Assembly: GCA_963666285.1 (NCBI GenBank)
Contig: OY762711.1
DNA length: 64,000 bases
Direction: 5' to 3' (one strand)
Source of the DNA: Sedimentisphaerales bacterium
GTDB taxonomy: Bacteria; Planctomycetota; Phycisphaerae; Sedimentisphaerales; SM23-30
Position 1 is the first letter of the stretch, and every line of letters starts with the position of its first letter. Positions 27,344-37,708 of the stretch are shown here, piece after piece. The position numbers and the translations under genes were made by a program. The notes under the pieces were generated by a model, which saw nothing but the letters and a program-made list of their open reading frames with translations, ran no database searches and was not told the origin of the DNA.

Positions 27344-30300
27344 ATGAAGGCGAAGTCGTATTTAATAATTTTCGGGATATTCCTATTAATAATCAATATA
27401 TGCGGTATCGCATGGATACAGCACACAATATCTTCTAATAAGAATGTGGTGAAGGTCCGTTCAGCGTGTTTTTATCCGGACGATTACAACCCTGACAGGA
27501 TAAAAGTAACATTCGACCGGAAGCTGGCGAGTGACAGTGAGATAGGTAATACTGCCGCGGCATTGTTTGAGGTTGAGCCTTCGCTGTCCGGCAGCTGGCA
27601 ATGGGAAAGTGGTAGTACCGCATCGTTTTGCCTGGACATGCCGTTGGGGCCGGGCAGAAAGGTAAGTTTGAGTGCGGTAGAGAATTTTGTCGAGCTAACG
27701 AGCTATGAGCTTGACTGTGATGATGGTTTGTCACTTGAGACAGTTCCACTGTGTTATGAATATGCGAGGGTGATGACGTCCGATAATCATAATGTGATGG
27801 TCGAAGTTTCGTTCAATCAGCCGGTAAGCCCGGACGACTTTATGAAGCATGTGCGGTTTTATGATGCGGGTGTACTGGAAGATAAGATAATCAGAAATGT
27901 CAAGGCGGTGACGCATGAAGCCGGCAGTGAGATAGTTGTCCAGGTTGCCAGGAGCGATTCAGACAGGCTGCTGATGGTGATAGATAAGGAGCTGAAAGGT
28001 GATAAGGCGGATTTGCCGCTGGGAAATGAGGTAAAGGAGATCCTGGAGATCGACTGTCGGTTTATGTACCTGGATCAGTATGTATATGGTGGTGATTTTG
28101 GAGAAAGCGTACGGGTAGATCTGACATTCAGTCAGAAGCTGGCAGAAGAGCTGCCGGAGCTTAATATATCGCCAAAGGTTGAGGGGCTGACGGTAAGTAG
28201 GTGGCGTGATGAGCTGGTTCTGAGAGGTAAATTTGAGCCGGCAACGAGATACGCGATAAAGATACCGGCGGTGCTGTCGTCAGAAAATGAGGTAACACTG
28301 GGTAAAGAAGTTGAGGTTCTGGTTGATATTCCGGATGCAGAGCCAAAGGTTGAATTTGTTTATTCCGGCGGGATATTGTCGCCGCGCGGAACAAAGACAA
28401 TCGAGGCCAAAGCTGTGAATATTTCTAACCTGGAGCTCAGGTCGTGGCGAGTATATGAAAATAACCTGGTGTCATTTTTGCATGGCGGCAGGGTCGGCGG
28501 AACGGCACGAGAAGTGAACAGCAGGGATATAGAGCTTGACCTGTCGAGAAATAAGGCAGAGAAGCTGGCATTGGAGTTGAACACATTGATTGGTGCGGGT
28601 CCGGGAATATATTCGCTGTCGATAAGGAATAAAGAATGTTTTTGGAACCGGGACGATAGCCTGGTAGTGATTTCCGATATTGCGATAACGACCAAACAAT
28701 CCAAGGATGAGGTTGTGGTATGGGTTACCTCGCTGGCAGATGGTAAGTGTATAGAAGGAGCAGTGGTAAAAGGGATATCGTATCAGAACCAGAAACTGGC
28801 AGAGGGCAAGACGAATAAAGACGGAATAGCAAGGTTGAAGTATGTTACGGGTGGTGACAAGGGAGCGATATGGCTGGTGACGGCGCAGCTGGGAAAGGAT
28901 ATGAACTATGTTAAGCCGGGATTAAACCAGTGGGTAGTAGATGGAGTTGATCAATCCGGCAGACCGTGGCCGGAAAATTATGAGGTGATGCTGTACCCGG
29001 AAAGAGGAGTGTATCGACCGGGTGAAAAGATATATATAACCGGCGTGATAAGGGATAAGACAGGTGGCGTGCCGCCGGTTATGCCTTATGAGCTGAAAGT
29101 GTACCGGCCGGACGGCAAAGAGGTTGAAAGTGTGATAGTCAAGCCGGGTGAGGGCAGCCATGGAGTATTTCAGAATGTTTTCCAGACGATGGTGTATTAC
29201 CAGACGGGATTATATACAGTGAGTGTGTGTTTGCCGGGTTCTGAGCGAGAGCTGGGCAGTACGAGTGTTTCGTTAGAAATGTTTACCCCGCTGCGTATGA
29301 AGGTTCAGGCGTCCAGCAGCCATATGAGGTATGGCCCGGAAGAGAATCCAAAGCTTGATATCTCGGCCCGTTATCTGTGGGATCAGCCGGCGTCGGAACT
29401 GGAGGCAGCAATTAATAATGACTATGTGCAGAGGTGTTTTGTTGCTGAGGATTACAAGGACTACAGCTTTGGTGTCAAAAGAACAGCTGAAGAAGTAAAG
29501 GCGAAAACAGTAAAGCAGAATTTGAATGAAGAAGGAAAGCTTGAAGTTGAGCTGGAGGTACCGGAATCGCTGAAAAAGGGATACTATCGATTGTATTCGA
29601 CGGTGACGGTAACGGAGCCGGGAGCGAGGTCGGTTTCGAGCAGCAGCTCGGCTATAGTTGATTTACTGGATCATCATATTGGCGTACGTAATATGGCCGG
29701 CAGGATAGCGGTGCCGGGCGAGTCGTTTAATATCGAATGGGTTAGCCTGGATGGTCAGGGTAAGCCGCTGGCGGTAGATGTTCTGAGCTATGAATTATTG
29801 TCGATAGAATATAATACAACGCTGAAGATAGTAAATGGTGAATATGTCTGGGATTCAAAAGAGAAGATAACCAAGGTCTTGGAGGCGGAACTGCAATCGA
29901 TAGATAATCATGCCGGGGAATTTGCGTTGAAATGCGATAACAGCGGTTATTACAGGCTGGTTCTGGAAGATGCAGAAAGCGGCAGCAAGACAGAGGTAGA
30001 TTTTTATTGTTCGGAATACGGCGATAAGCACAGCCTGGCGATGAATGAGCCTGAAAAGGTTGAGGTTGTGACAGATAAGTCTGTTTATAAGCCAGGTGAT
30101 ACGGTAAAGGTATTGTTGAGAAGCCCGGTAGAAGGACAGGTGCTGGTGACACAGGAAACTGATCGCGTATTAAGTTACTACCTGGCAGAGGTGCGTGATA
30201 ATGCCGCGGAGCTGGAGGTGACGGTGGATAAATCGGCACGAGGCAGTGTTTATTTTGCAGCTACGGTGATCCGCAAGGTTGACCCGGAACAGACAGACTG

Positions 30301-32680
30301 GCTGCCGCATCGAGGATATGGAATGGCTCGAGTGAAGATAGATCATTCATCTAATAAGCTGCCGCTTGAGATAGTGTGTGAGGGCAGACAGAAGCCGGGA
30401 AGTAAGACCACTGTAACGGTTGACAGTGGTTTGCCGACGGACCCGAACCACCCGGCGATGGTTCACTTATGGGCGGTAGATGAGGGGGTATTACTGGCGT
30501 CCAATTACAAAAATCCGGATCCATATAAATTCTTTTTGCAGGCGAGAAAGCCGGGAGTAAGCAGTTCAGATTTGTTTAACAGGCTGTTGCCGGATTATAA
30601 GCGAGCGGAGTCGATGGTGAGAATAGGAGCGGGAGGAGAGTCTGAGTTTGGCCGTTTGCGTCGCAGTAGTCCGACAGCGACAAAATCCCGCGAGTCGGCG
30701 GTGATATGGAATGATGTATTGCCGACAGATAAGACCGGTAAATTGCAGGTAGAGCTGGTGATGCCGGAGATGACCGGACAGATGCGTTTGATGGCGACAG
30801 CGTTTGATGCGGATCGATACGGGAGCTGTGATGGTTCGGTGGTTTTGGCGAAAGAGCTGTCGATAGAGACATCGTGTCCTAAATTTGTGGCACCGGGCGA
30901 CAGGTTTATGGTGCCGGTGCGAATATTCAATAATAAGACAGAAGCGGTATCAGTTTGGCTGGGGGCAAAACTCTCCGGTGCGGTTGGCAGTGAAGAAAGC
31001 GGGGTAAGAGAGTTCAGTATCGAGCCTAATAAGTCGATTTTGTATATGATGAATGTTTGTGCGGTAGAATCAGGAGAAGGCAAGATAGAATTAACCGCAG
31101 GAACCAATGGCGGGCAGGGGATATCTGATAATGTTGTATTGAATATGACAGTACGGCCGGTATCAGCATTGTGTACCGAGGTTAAAACTGAGGCATTTGA
31201 CGCCGGGAGTGAAATAAGGATATCGCCTTCAGAGACGTATATTGCAGATACAGAGTATATGAAGCTGAAGATATTTTCCAAGCCGTCGATCCAGATGGCA
31301 CCGACGCTGGAGAAGCTGGTTGGATATCCTTATGGATGTGTGGAGCAGACAGCCAGCAGGGTATTTGGTTTATTATTCTCTCGTGAAATAATCGAAGCGG
31401 GTCGAAACGAGGATATTGAGACATTAGTAGAGGCCGGTCTGGCGAGGTTGTGGAGTATGCAAACGCCTAACGGCGGTTTGAGCTATTGGCCGGGCGGTAC
31501 TTCGGATTATCCTTGGGGTACTGCGTATGTCGGGTGGTGTCTAACAGAAGCGAAAAAAGTTGGGTATGCGGTGGATGACAGGTTTGTTGAGTCGCTGATG
31601 GACTACTTGGAGAAGGAACTGGTGAATACCGGTTCGTATAATAATGAGGTTGATATCAATACCAGGGCTCTGATATGCAGGGTGCTGGCGAGCAACAGCA
31701 GGGGGCAAACCGGCTGGATTAATAGTTTGTATGAACGAAAAGATCGGCTGGATATGGGCGGTAAAGCACATTTGGCAATAGCGTTGCACAATCTGGGCCG
31801 TGATGAAGAAGCATTGCAGCTTTTGCCGGAAGAAGCTATGGAGGTATCGATAGAAACGACTTCCAGCGGCCGGTTGACATCGAAACTATATCAGCAGGCA
31901 TTGCTGCTGATGGTCTTGATGGAGATAGTGCCGGAAAATATGAAGGCGGCACAGCTGGCCGAAGAGGTAAGTAATACCATATTGGATGGCAGGATTTACA
32001 GTACCCTGGAGAATTCTGCAGCAGTAATGGCCCTGGCAAAATACCAGATACAAAACCAGGGAGAAGAAGCTGTTTATAGCGGTGTGGTAAAGGTTGGCGA
32101 TGGCAGAGAGCTTGCGTTTAGTAATGAAGCACCGCTGGTAGAGGAGTTTAAGGATTTTGGCCAGCCGATAACGGTTAGCAGCAGCGGTACCGGCAAAATA
32201 TATATAGTGCGAGTTTCAGAAGGACAGGCTAAATCGGAGTTTTGTGAACCTTATGACAAGCGTATCTCGGTGAAGCGTAAATGGCTGGATAGGGACGGAA
32301 AGGAAATCGATCCAGCGGGACTAAAGGTTGGCGACCTGGTGAAAGTGCAAATAGAACTAGCAAAAACAGAGGGAAGCTATGGTGAAATAGATAATATTGC
32401 GATAGTGGATGCCTTACCGGCAGGGGTGGAAGTAGAGAATCCGCGGCTGGCGCAGAGTGCCGAAATTTACGGGTATGAGTCAAATACTGAAAATGCAGAT
32501 TTCCAGGATGACCGTGTGATAATATTCTGCGGTCTTGACGATGCAAGTCGTGTGTTTAATTATTCGCTACGAGTGATTTCTGCCGGAGAGTTTGAGATAC
32601 CACCGATCCAGGCATCGAGTATGTATAATTCCTCGATAGCATCGCTTGGTATGCCGGGCAGAATGAAGGCAGAGCCATGA
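27344..32680 (+). CDS. Bacterial alpha-2-macroglobulin (YfhM-like); start 27344 or 27317
   Basis: ERGVYRPGE MG2 motif, LWAVDEGVL, thioester YPYGCVEQ, DALPAGVEVEN, PPIQASSMY; followed by pbpC. Confidence 0.92.
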   Translation: MKAKSYLIIFGIFLLIINICGIAWIQHTISSNKNVVKVRSACFYPDDYNPDRIKVTFDRKLASDSEIGNTAAALFEVEPSLSGSWQWESGSTASFCLDMPLGPGRKVSLSAVENFVELTSYELDCDDGLSLETVPLCYEYARVMTSDNHNVMVEVSFNQPVSPDDFMKHVRFYDAGVLEDKIIRNVKAVTHEAGSEIVVQVARSDSDRLLMVIDKELKGDKADLPLGNEVKEILEIDCRFMYLDQYVYGGDFGESVRVDLTFSQKLAEELPELNISPKVEGLTVSRWRDELVLRGKFEPATRYAIKIPAVLSSENEVTLGKEVEVLVDIPDAEPKVEFVYSGGILSPRGTKTIEAKAVNISNLELRSWRVYENNLVSFLHGGRVGGTAREVNSRDIELDLSRNKAEKLALELNTLIGAGPGIYSLSIRNKECFWNRDDSLVVISDIAITTKQSKDEVVVWVTSLADGKCIEGAVVKGISYQNQKLAEGKTNKDGIARLKYVTGGDKGAIWLVTAQLGKDMNYVKPGLNQWVVDGVDQSGRPWPENYEVMLYPERGVYRPGEKIYITGVIRDKTGGVPPVMPYELKVYRPDGKEVESVIVKPGEGSHGVFQNVFQTMVYYQTGLYTVSVCLPGSERELGSTSVSLEMFTPLRMKVQASSSHMRYGPEENPKLDISARYLWDQPASELEAAINNDYVQRCFVAEDYKDYSFGVKRTAEEVKAKTVKQNLNEEGKLEVELEVPESLKKGYYRLYSTVTVTEPGARSVSSSSSAIVDLLDHHIGVRNMAGRIAVPGESFNIEWVSLDGQGKPLAVDVLSYELLSIEYNTTLKIVNGEYVWDSKEKITKVLEAELQSIDNHAGEFALKCDNSGYYRLVLEDAESGSKTEVDFYCSEYGDKHSLAMNEPEKVEVVTDKSVYKPGDTVKVLLRSPVEGQVLVTQETDRVLSYYLAEVRDNAAELEVTVDKSARGSVYFAATVIRKVDPEQTDWLPHRGYGMARVKIDHSSNKLPLEIVCEGRQKPGSKTTVTVDSGLPTDPNHPAMVHLWAVDEGVLLASNYKNPDPYKFFLQARKPGVSSSDLFNRLLPDYKRAESMVRIGAGGESEFGRLRRSSPTATKSRESAVIWNDVLPTDKTGKLQVELVMPEMTGQMRLMATAFDADRYGSCDGSVVLAKELSIETSCPKFVAPGDRFMVPVRIFNNKTEAVSVWLGAKLSGAVGSEESGVREFSIEPNKSILYMMNVCAVESGEGKIELTAGTNGGQGISDNVVLNMTVRPVSALCTEVKTEAFDAGSEIRISPSETYIADTEYMKLKIFSKPSIQMAPTLEKLVGYPYGCVEQTASRVFGLLFSREIIEAGRNEDIETLVEAGLARLWSMQTPNGGLSYWPGGTSDYPWGTAYVGWCLTEAKKVGYAVDDRFVESLMDYLEKELVNTGSYNNEVDINTRALICRVLASNSRGQTGWINSLYERKDRLDMGGKAHLAIALHNLGRDEEALQLLPEEAMEVSIETTSSGRLTSKLYQQALLLMVLMEIVPENMKAAQLAEEVSNTILDGRIYSTLENSAAVMALAKYQIQNQGEEAVYSGVVKVGDGRELAFSNEAPLVEEFKDFGQPITVSSSGTGKIYIVRVSEGQAKSEFCEPYDKRISVKRKWLDRDGKEIDPAGLKVGDLVKVQIELAKTEGSYGEIDNIAIVDALPAGVEVENPRLAQSAEIYGYESNTENADFQDDRVIIFCGLDDASRVFNYSLRVISAGEFEIPPIQASSMYNSSIASLGMPGRMKAEP

Positions 32681-34707
32681 TGACGATTTCGGTAAAGAAG
32701 TACAAAAAGCGTTTTATACGTCTTTGCATTCTGGCGGCAGTGATGTATGTTGTGCCGGTATTGCTGAATGCCCTGGCAAGCTGCATCTGGCCGTTTCCCG
32801 ATGAACGTCTGGAATTATTCGAGGCGAGCCCCAGGGTTACCGATTGCAGCGGAAGTGATCTGATGGTTTTGGTGTCAGAGCAGCAGCAATGGTGTATGCC
32901 GGTAGAGTATGATCAAATATGCAATTATGTTATAGATGCCACAATTGCGGTTGAGGATAGCCGATTTTACGATCATTGCGGAGTAGACTTTACGGCAGTA
33001 ATTCGGGCGGTCTGGCAGAATGTAACTCATATGAGAGTGGTTTCTGGTGCCAGTACACTGACAATGCAGATATGCCGGATGATAGATGACCGACCGCGTA
33101 CTTTGAAGAGTAAGGCGATAGAATCATTTCGAGCGAGGCAGCTGGAAAAGATCCGCGATAAGAGGGCGATTTTGACGACATATCTGAATTATGCTCCTTA
33201 TGGCGGTAATATTCGTGGAGTAGAGGCGGCCAGTTTGATGTATTTTTCCAAGAGGGCATCTGAGCTTTCGATAGCAGAGTCAGCTTTTTTGGCGGGTTTG
33301 CCGCAGGCACCGGCAGCATATAATCCGTATAAGCATTTATCCAGGGCGATAGAAAGGCAGCAATTTGTCTTGTTACGAATGTATGAATGTAATAGGATCG
33401 ACAGGGAGCAGTATGAGACTGCATTGGCGGAAAAGATAGAGATAAACCCCATCGAGCGGAAAATGACTGCCCCGCATGCAGCGTGGCTGGCTTTGAGGCA
33501 GAAGAAACATGGCGGAAAGACAACGATAAATAATAGTATTCAGAGCCAGGTAGAAGAGATTTGCGGCAGGTATCAGGATGAGCTTCCGGGTGAGAGTGAG
33601 GTTGCGATAGTAGTAATAGATATCGAAAAATCCGCAGTTGTCGCTATGGTGGGTTCTGGCGATGTTGATGATCCGAAAGACGGCCAGGTAAACGGTGCGG
33701 TTGCCAGACGCAGTCCGGGTTCAACACTGAAGCCGTTTATTTATGCTATGGCATTTGAGCAAAACAGATTGTCACCGGAAAGTATGTTGTATGATGTGCC
33801 GATATCCATTGCAGGATGGACACCGTCAAATTTTGACAAGAAATTTTATGGTGAATTACCAGCATCTGAAGCGTTGCGAAAATCATTGAATATACCAGCT
33901 ATCTGGGTAGCGAAATGTATGGGTGCAGGTAATTGTTATGAGCTGTTAAGGAATCTTGGGATACAGTTTTCGAGTGATATTGAGCAGCGAAGCGGGTTGT
34001 CATTCATTGTAGGCGGCTGTGAAGTGTCTTTGTTGGAGCTGACGAATGCATACGCAGTGTTTGGCAGAGGGGGTGTATATTCGAGCTGCTGTCTGTATGA
34101 AGATCAGCAGAGAGTTACCCGTAAGATATTCGCCCAGGGAGTATGTGACAATATAAACGAGATATTATCAAGTAAAAGCCGGGTGCCGGGCGGTTTAGCA
34201 AATGTCGAGTTGGATAATATGCCGTGGTTTACCTGGAAAACTGGTACCAGTTCCAGCAGAAGGGATGCCTGGTCGATCGGTCACAATAAGAAATATGCAA
34301 TTGGAGTGTGGGTCGGCAAATTCAGCGGTTCGGGCAGATATGAATATGTAGGAGCAAAAGCGGCAGAGCCTTTATTGTCGCGATTATTCAATAATCCTGT
34401 TTTGTGTAATAATGTAAAACAGGGAAAGACAGAAACAATCAGGGTGGTGAAAGCACTGCCTGTGCCGGTAAGCCTTGATAGTGAACTACATATAGTTTCC
34501 CCGGAAAATGGAGAGAATTTTATTGCGTATGACGGTAAAGTTGAGATTGTTCCAAAGGCGAACCAGGATGGTAAGCTGCACTGGTTGCTGAATGATGAAT
34601 ACCTGGCGATGGGGGAAAGGGCTTTATTGCTGGTTGCCGGTCAATACAGTCTGAAATGTGTAAATGACAGCGGCGAGGTAGCGGTTGTAAGTTTTGAGGT
34701 GAAGTGA
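32677..34707 (+). CDS. pbpC: Penicillin-binding protein 1C
   Basis: Transglycosylase EDSRFYDHCGVD and SGASTLTMQ; transpeptidase SPGSTLKPF, SLN, KTGT; overlaps the A2M stop. Confidence 0.92.
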   Translation: MMTISVKKYKKRFIRLCILAAVMYVVPVLLNALASCIWPFPDERLELFEASPRVTDCSGSDLMVLVSEQQQWCMPVEYDQICNYVIDATIAVEDSRFYDHCGVDFTAVIRAVWQNVTHMRVVSGASTLTMQICRMIDDRPRTLKSKAIESFRARQLEKIRDKRAILTTYLNYAPYGGNIRGVEAASLMYFSKRASELSIAESAFLAGLPQAPAAYNPYKHLSRAIERQQFVLLRMYECNRIDREQYETALAEKIEINPIERKMTAPHAAWLALRQKKHGGKTTINNSIQSQVEEICGRYQDELPGESEVAIVVIDIEKSAVVAMVGSGDVDDPKDGQVNGAVARRSPGSTLKPFIYAMAFEQNRLSPESMLYDVPISIAGWTPSNFDKKFYGELPASEALRKSLNIPAIWVAKCMGAGNCYELLRNLGIQFSSDIEQRSGLSFIVGGCEVSLLELTNAYAVFGRGGVYSSCCLYEDQQRVTRKIFAQGVCDNINEILSSKSRVPGGLANVELDNMPWFTWKTGTSSSRRDAWSIGHNKKYAIGVWVGKFSGSGRYEYVGAKAAEPLLSRLFNNPVLCNNVKQGKTETIRVVKALPVPVSLDSELHIVSPENGENFIAYDGKVEIVPKANQDGKLHWLLNDEYLAMGERALLLVAGQYSLKCVNDSGEVAVVSFEVK

Positions 34708-34896
34708 AATAGAATAGTTTGAAGCCATTGAGATCTTTTTGGGCCTGCCATTAGCGTGGTTTTAGTTTTGTGCAGGAGAATGGATTTGTGAATAAGATTG
34801 ATTTTTGTATGATGGCTGATATAATCTAAAAGGTAAGCTGGCATTTAGTCGGCATAGCATAGAGAAAAGTTATAAGTCTAACAGAATGGGGCGTTT

Positions 34897-35778
34897 ATGT
34901 CAGGCAAGAAATCACCACCCGCATTATACGAGCTTTATCATAAAGGTAAAAAATCGCGTGGCGGTCTTTTTGGTCGTCGTAAAAAGCTGAATATCCAGAA
35001 TGCCTATGATATACCGGCAGTACCTGCGCCTGGCTCATCGCAGCCGGCAGGTTCTGTGAAAAAGCCATTGGCAAGTTATCCGACAACTCCAGCGGATGTT
35101 TCTCCTGTTGACGATGGTGAAGATGATAGTAATTTGAGTTTTGAGGTTGATTACGGTCGGATTACTATGGTAATGCCTGTGTGGTTGTTTGTTATGCTGG
35201 TGTTGGCGGTTTTGACATCGCTGTTGGCAGCGTATAAGGTTGGTATGACTGCTAATATTGGTAAAAAAGCTGTTGTTGATGAATCTGCAGGTAGTGATAA
35301 TACCGAGATGGTTGAAGATAACAGTCGCTTGGATGCCGAGCCAAGTCCGGAGATGATAGCGGCGTTGAATTCGGATCCTATTACCGGACTGGTACAGAAT
35401 TCAGAGGTATTGGAAAGCAATAATGCCAATACAGCAGGTAATGCTGAGCCTGTGGAGGAAAGGCCGGTAAGATGTCTGATTGTGTATGGCGGTGAAACAG
35501 ACCTAACGAAACTGAAATATGTACAGGATTATTTCAAGTCCCAGGGAATGGAGCTTGAGATTGTAAAGAGGAGTGGCACTCGAGGTTATATACTGGTGAC
35601 TAAGTCAGGGTTTGTGAGCTCACGCGATGAAGATTGTATCAGGTTGAAATCCAAAATATTATCGATAGGTAAGAGTTATATTGTTAACTGGAAAAGCGGC
35701 TGGCCTCGCATAAATGAACGAACGTTTGATTCTGCATATCCGATAGATACGAGCAAGCTGGAATATGACTGGCGTTGA
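34897..35778 (+). CDS. Hypothetical bitopic membrane protein (possible SPOR-like C-terminus)
   Basis: Basic, Pro-rich N-terminus, one TM helix, acidic linker, small C-terminal domain. Confidence 0.6.
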   Translation: MSGKKSPPALYELYHKGKKSRGGLFGRRKKLNIQNAYDIPAVPAPGSSQPAGSVKKPLASYPTTPADVSPVDDGEDDSNLSFEVDYGRITMVMPVWLFVMLVLAVLTSLLAAYKVGMTANIGKKAVVDESAGSDNTEMVEDNSRLDAEPSPEMIAALNSDPITGLVQNSEVLESNNANTAGNAEPVEERPVRCLIVYGGETDLTKLKYVQDYFKSQGMELEIVKRSGTRGYILVTKSGFVSSRDEDCIRLKSKILSIGKSYIVNWKSGWPRINERTFDSAYPIDTSKLEYDWR

Positions 35779-35803
35779 TTAACGGGCAGATCTCATAATA
35801 GTA

Positions 35804-37084
35804 ATGGTCATGTTAAGGGTAATTTGTTTTTTATTTTTGCTGGTTTTGCCGGTTTATGGCGGCAAGGTAGTGAATGTCTATTTTTGCGGAACGGCAATGA
35901 CCAGTCAGTGGAGTGATCCGAATGTATCTGGATTTGCGAGCCCGGAACTGATCGCTGAGCTGTATAAAAATGATATGGCAGATCCGAATTTGGCCAATCC
36001 GTGTTCGACGCATTATAAATTGATAGTAGATGGGATAGGGACTGGATCGAATTATTCGATAATAGATTTATTTGGTCAGGGTTTTCCTGATACTGACAGT
36101 ATAAGAGGGTGGAAGGAGTGCCTGGAAGAGTCGAAGTCTTGTTTGTCTGAAGCGGTTTCGTCGGGAGTTTTGGGAGAAGGCCGGTTGACTTTGAACCTTG
36201 TGGGTTTTAGCCGAGGCGGTATATTGTGTATGATGCTTGCACGTGATCTTGATGGCAAGCTAAGATATCTGGAGCTTGATGTTAATATTCTGGCGTACGA
36301 TCCTGTGCCTGGAATCAATCCTCTGCAATGGCCGGAGGGTACTATAACGGCACTGCGTGGCGCTGATGTACTGCCTGATAGTGTGAGGATGTATGTTGGG
36401 GTGTATGCCAGTGATGAGCGTTCGTATCAGTTTGAGCCGCTAGTTCCTAAGTTGAGCTCTGGTACGGAAAAATGGCTGGTGAGACTGCGAGGAGCTCATG
36501 AAACGATAGCAGGTAATATGCAGGCTGATGGCCATTGCATAAGTTCGATACCGCCGGATTATAATATTGGCGGATATCTCAAAGGTGAGGTTTTTGAGAA
36601 TGAACTGGGGTCGATTAGTACGATATCCAAGGCGATTGGCCAGGAGCTGTTATGCTCTGCAGGCTGGGGTCAGAATACTTTTACCAGTGAAGGTTTGTGG
36701 TATAACGACCGCGAAAATCGTGAAGAAGAATTCAGAAGGGCTGTTGGTATTATGACGGCATACCCGGAAGAAAAATATGAAGAGATGCAGCGTACGGTAG
36801 TTGCGGTAGGGTGGAGCAGCTATAACTGGTATTATTACAGGTGTGAAAATGAGTATGTTTCGGAACCGTATGCATTGTGGTCAGATAAATACGGCCGATT
36901 TTGTTATGCAGGCGGTAGAAGGAGTGAGGCGGGATTTAAGCTGCCGGCATTGCCAGCAAATCATAACCTTGTATTTGAGTTGGAAGATGAGGTTATGCTG
37001 ATAGATAGAGAAGAAGGGTGGAATAAACTTCGTCAGCTAGCGGAATTGAGTATGGAGAATCATAAAATAATCGATCGGAAATAA
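35804..37084 (+). CDS. Secreted alpha/beta hydrolase, DUF2235 / Tle1 phospholipase-like
   Basis: Signal peptide; VYFCGT, DGIGTG, VGFSRGG (GxSxG), YDPV, DERSYQF and GAHETIAG, in DUF2235 motif order. Confidence 0.6.
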   Translation: MVMLRVICFLFLLVLPVYGGKVVNVYFCGTAMTSQWSDPNVSGFASPELIAELYKNDMADPNLANPCSTHYKLIVDGIGTGSNYSIIDLFGQGFPDTDSIRGWKECLEESKSCLSEAVSSGVLGEGRLTLNLVGFSRGGILCMMLARDLDGKLRYLELDVNILAYDPVPGINPLQWPEGTITALRGADVLPDSVRMYVGVYASDERSYQFEPLVPKLSSGTEKWLVRLRGAHETIAGNMQADGHCISSIPPDYNIGGYLKGEVFENELGSISTISKAIGQELLCSAGWGQNTFTSEGLWYNDRENREEEFRRAVGIMTAYPEEKYEEMQRTVVAVGWSSYNWYYYRCENEYVSEPYALWSDKYGRFCYAGGRRSEAGFKLPALPANHNLVFELEDEVMLIDREEGWNKLRQLAELSMENHKIIDRK

Positions 37085-37094
37085 TACAGAAAAA

Positions 37095-37334
37095 CTATGC
37101 GACGACAGGTTCTCTTTGTTTGCCGAGTTTGTATAACCTGGCGGTGATGAGAATATGTTGAAGTTTTTCCAGACTGAGGGTGTCTAAAAAATCCTTATTG
37201 AAGTCCAGTTTAACCGGTCCGTCGAATTCCAGAATTTCTTTTTTGACCTTACCAAGCGGCATATCTTCCACTTCTTGAGCAATTTGAGCGAAAACCGGAG
37301 GGATTTTAACTTTTCCAATTACTGCGCTTGTCAT
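37095..37334 (-). CDS. Small hypothetical protein (79 aa)
   Basis: ORF with upstream AAGGA; helical-looking sequence, function unknown. Confidence 0.55.
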   Translation of the reverse strand: MTSAVIGKVKIPPVFAQIAQEVEDMPLGKVKKEILEFDGPVKLDFNKDFLDTLSLEKLQHILITARLYKLGKQREPVVA

Positions 37335-37624
37335 TATAGGACTATTCCTTCTTGTAAGATTAACTTGACACTATTCTTCTCGTATTCCGCTATTTTTTGT
37401 CATAAAAGTATAACACAGCAGGTTTGCTAACCTATGATATCACAATATCTTGCAAGATGTTATGGCTTTTACTGTTGCTATTATCGGGCAAACGATAGCA
37501 GATGATGAATAAAAAATTGTTAAAAACCAAGAAGGTTGAATTGGATCTTATCGCAGGGGAAATGAATTAACAGTTCGAGAATTTTGCAAATGCGCTAGGA
37601 GTGAATAACCCTGACGGGAAAGAT

Positions 37625-37679
37625 AAAGAGCGAAAGACTCTGGTAGTCGCTCTTGTTGGAAAGGAGTGTAAAAAATGAG
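37625..37679 (-). terminator. Hairpin terminator of the first PEP-CTERM gene (duplicated at 38821-38873)
   Basis: AAGAGCGA...TCGCTCTT stem. Confidence 0.55.
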
Positions 37680-37708
37680 TATAGTTTATATAGCTGAAAT
37701 TCATCAGC

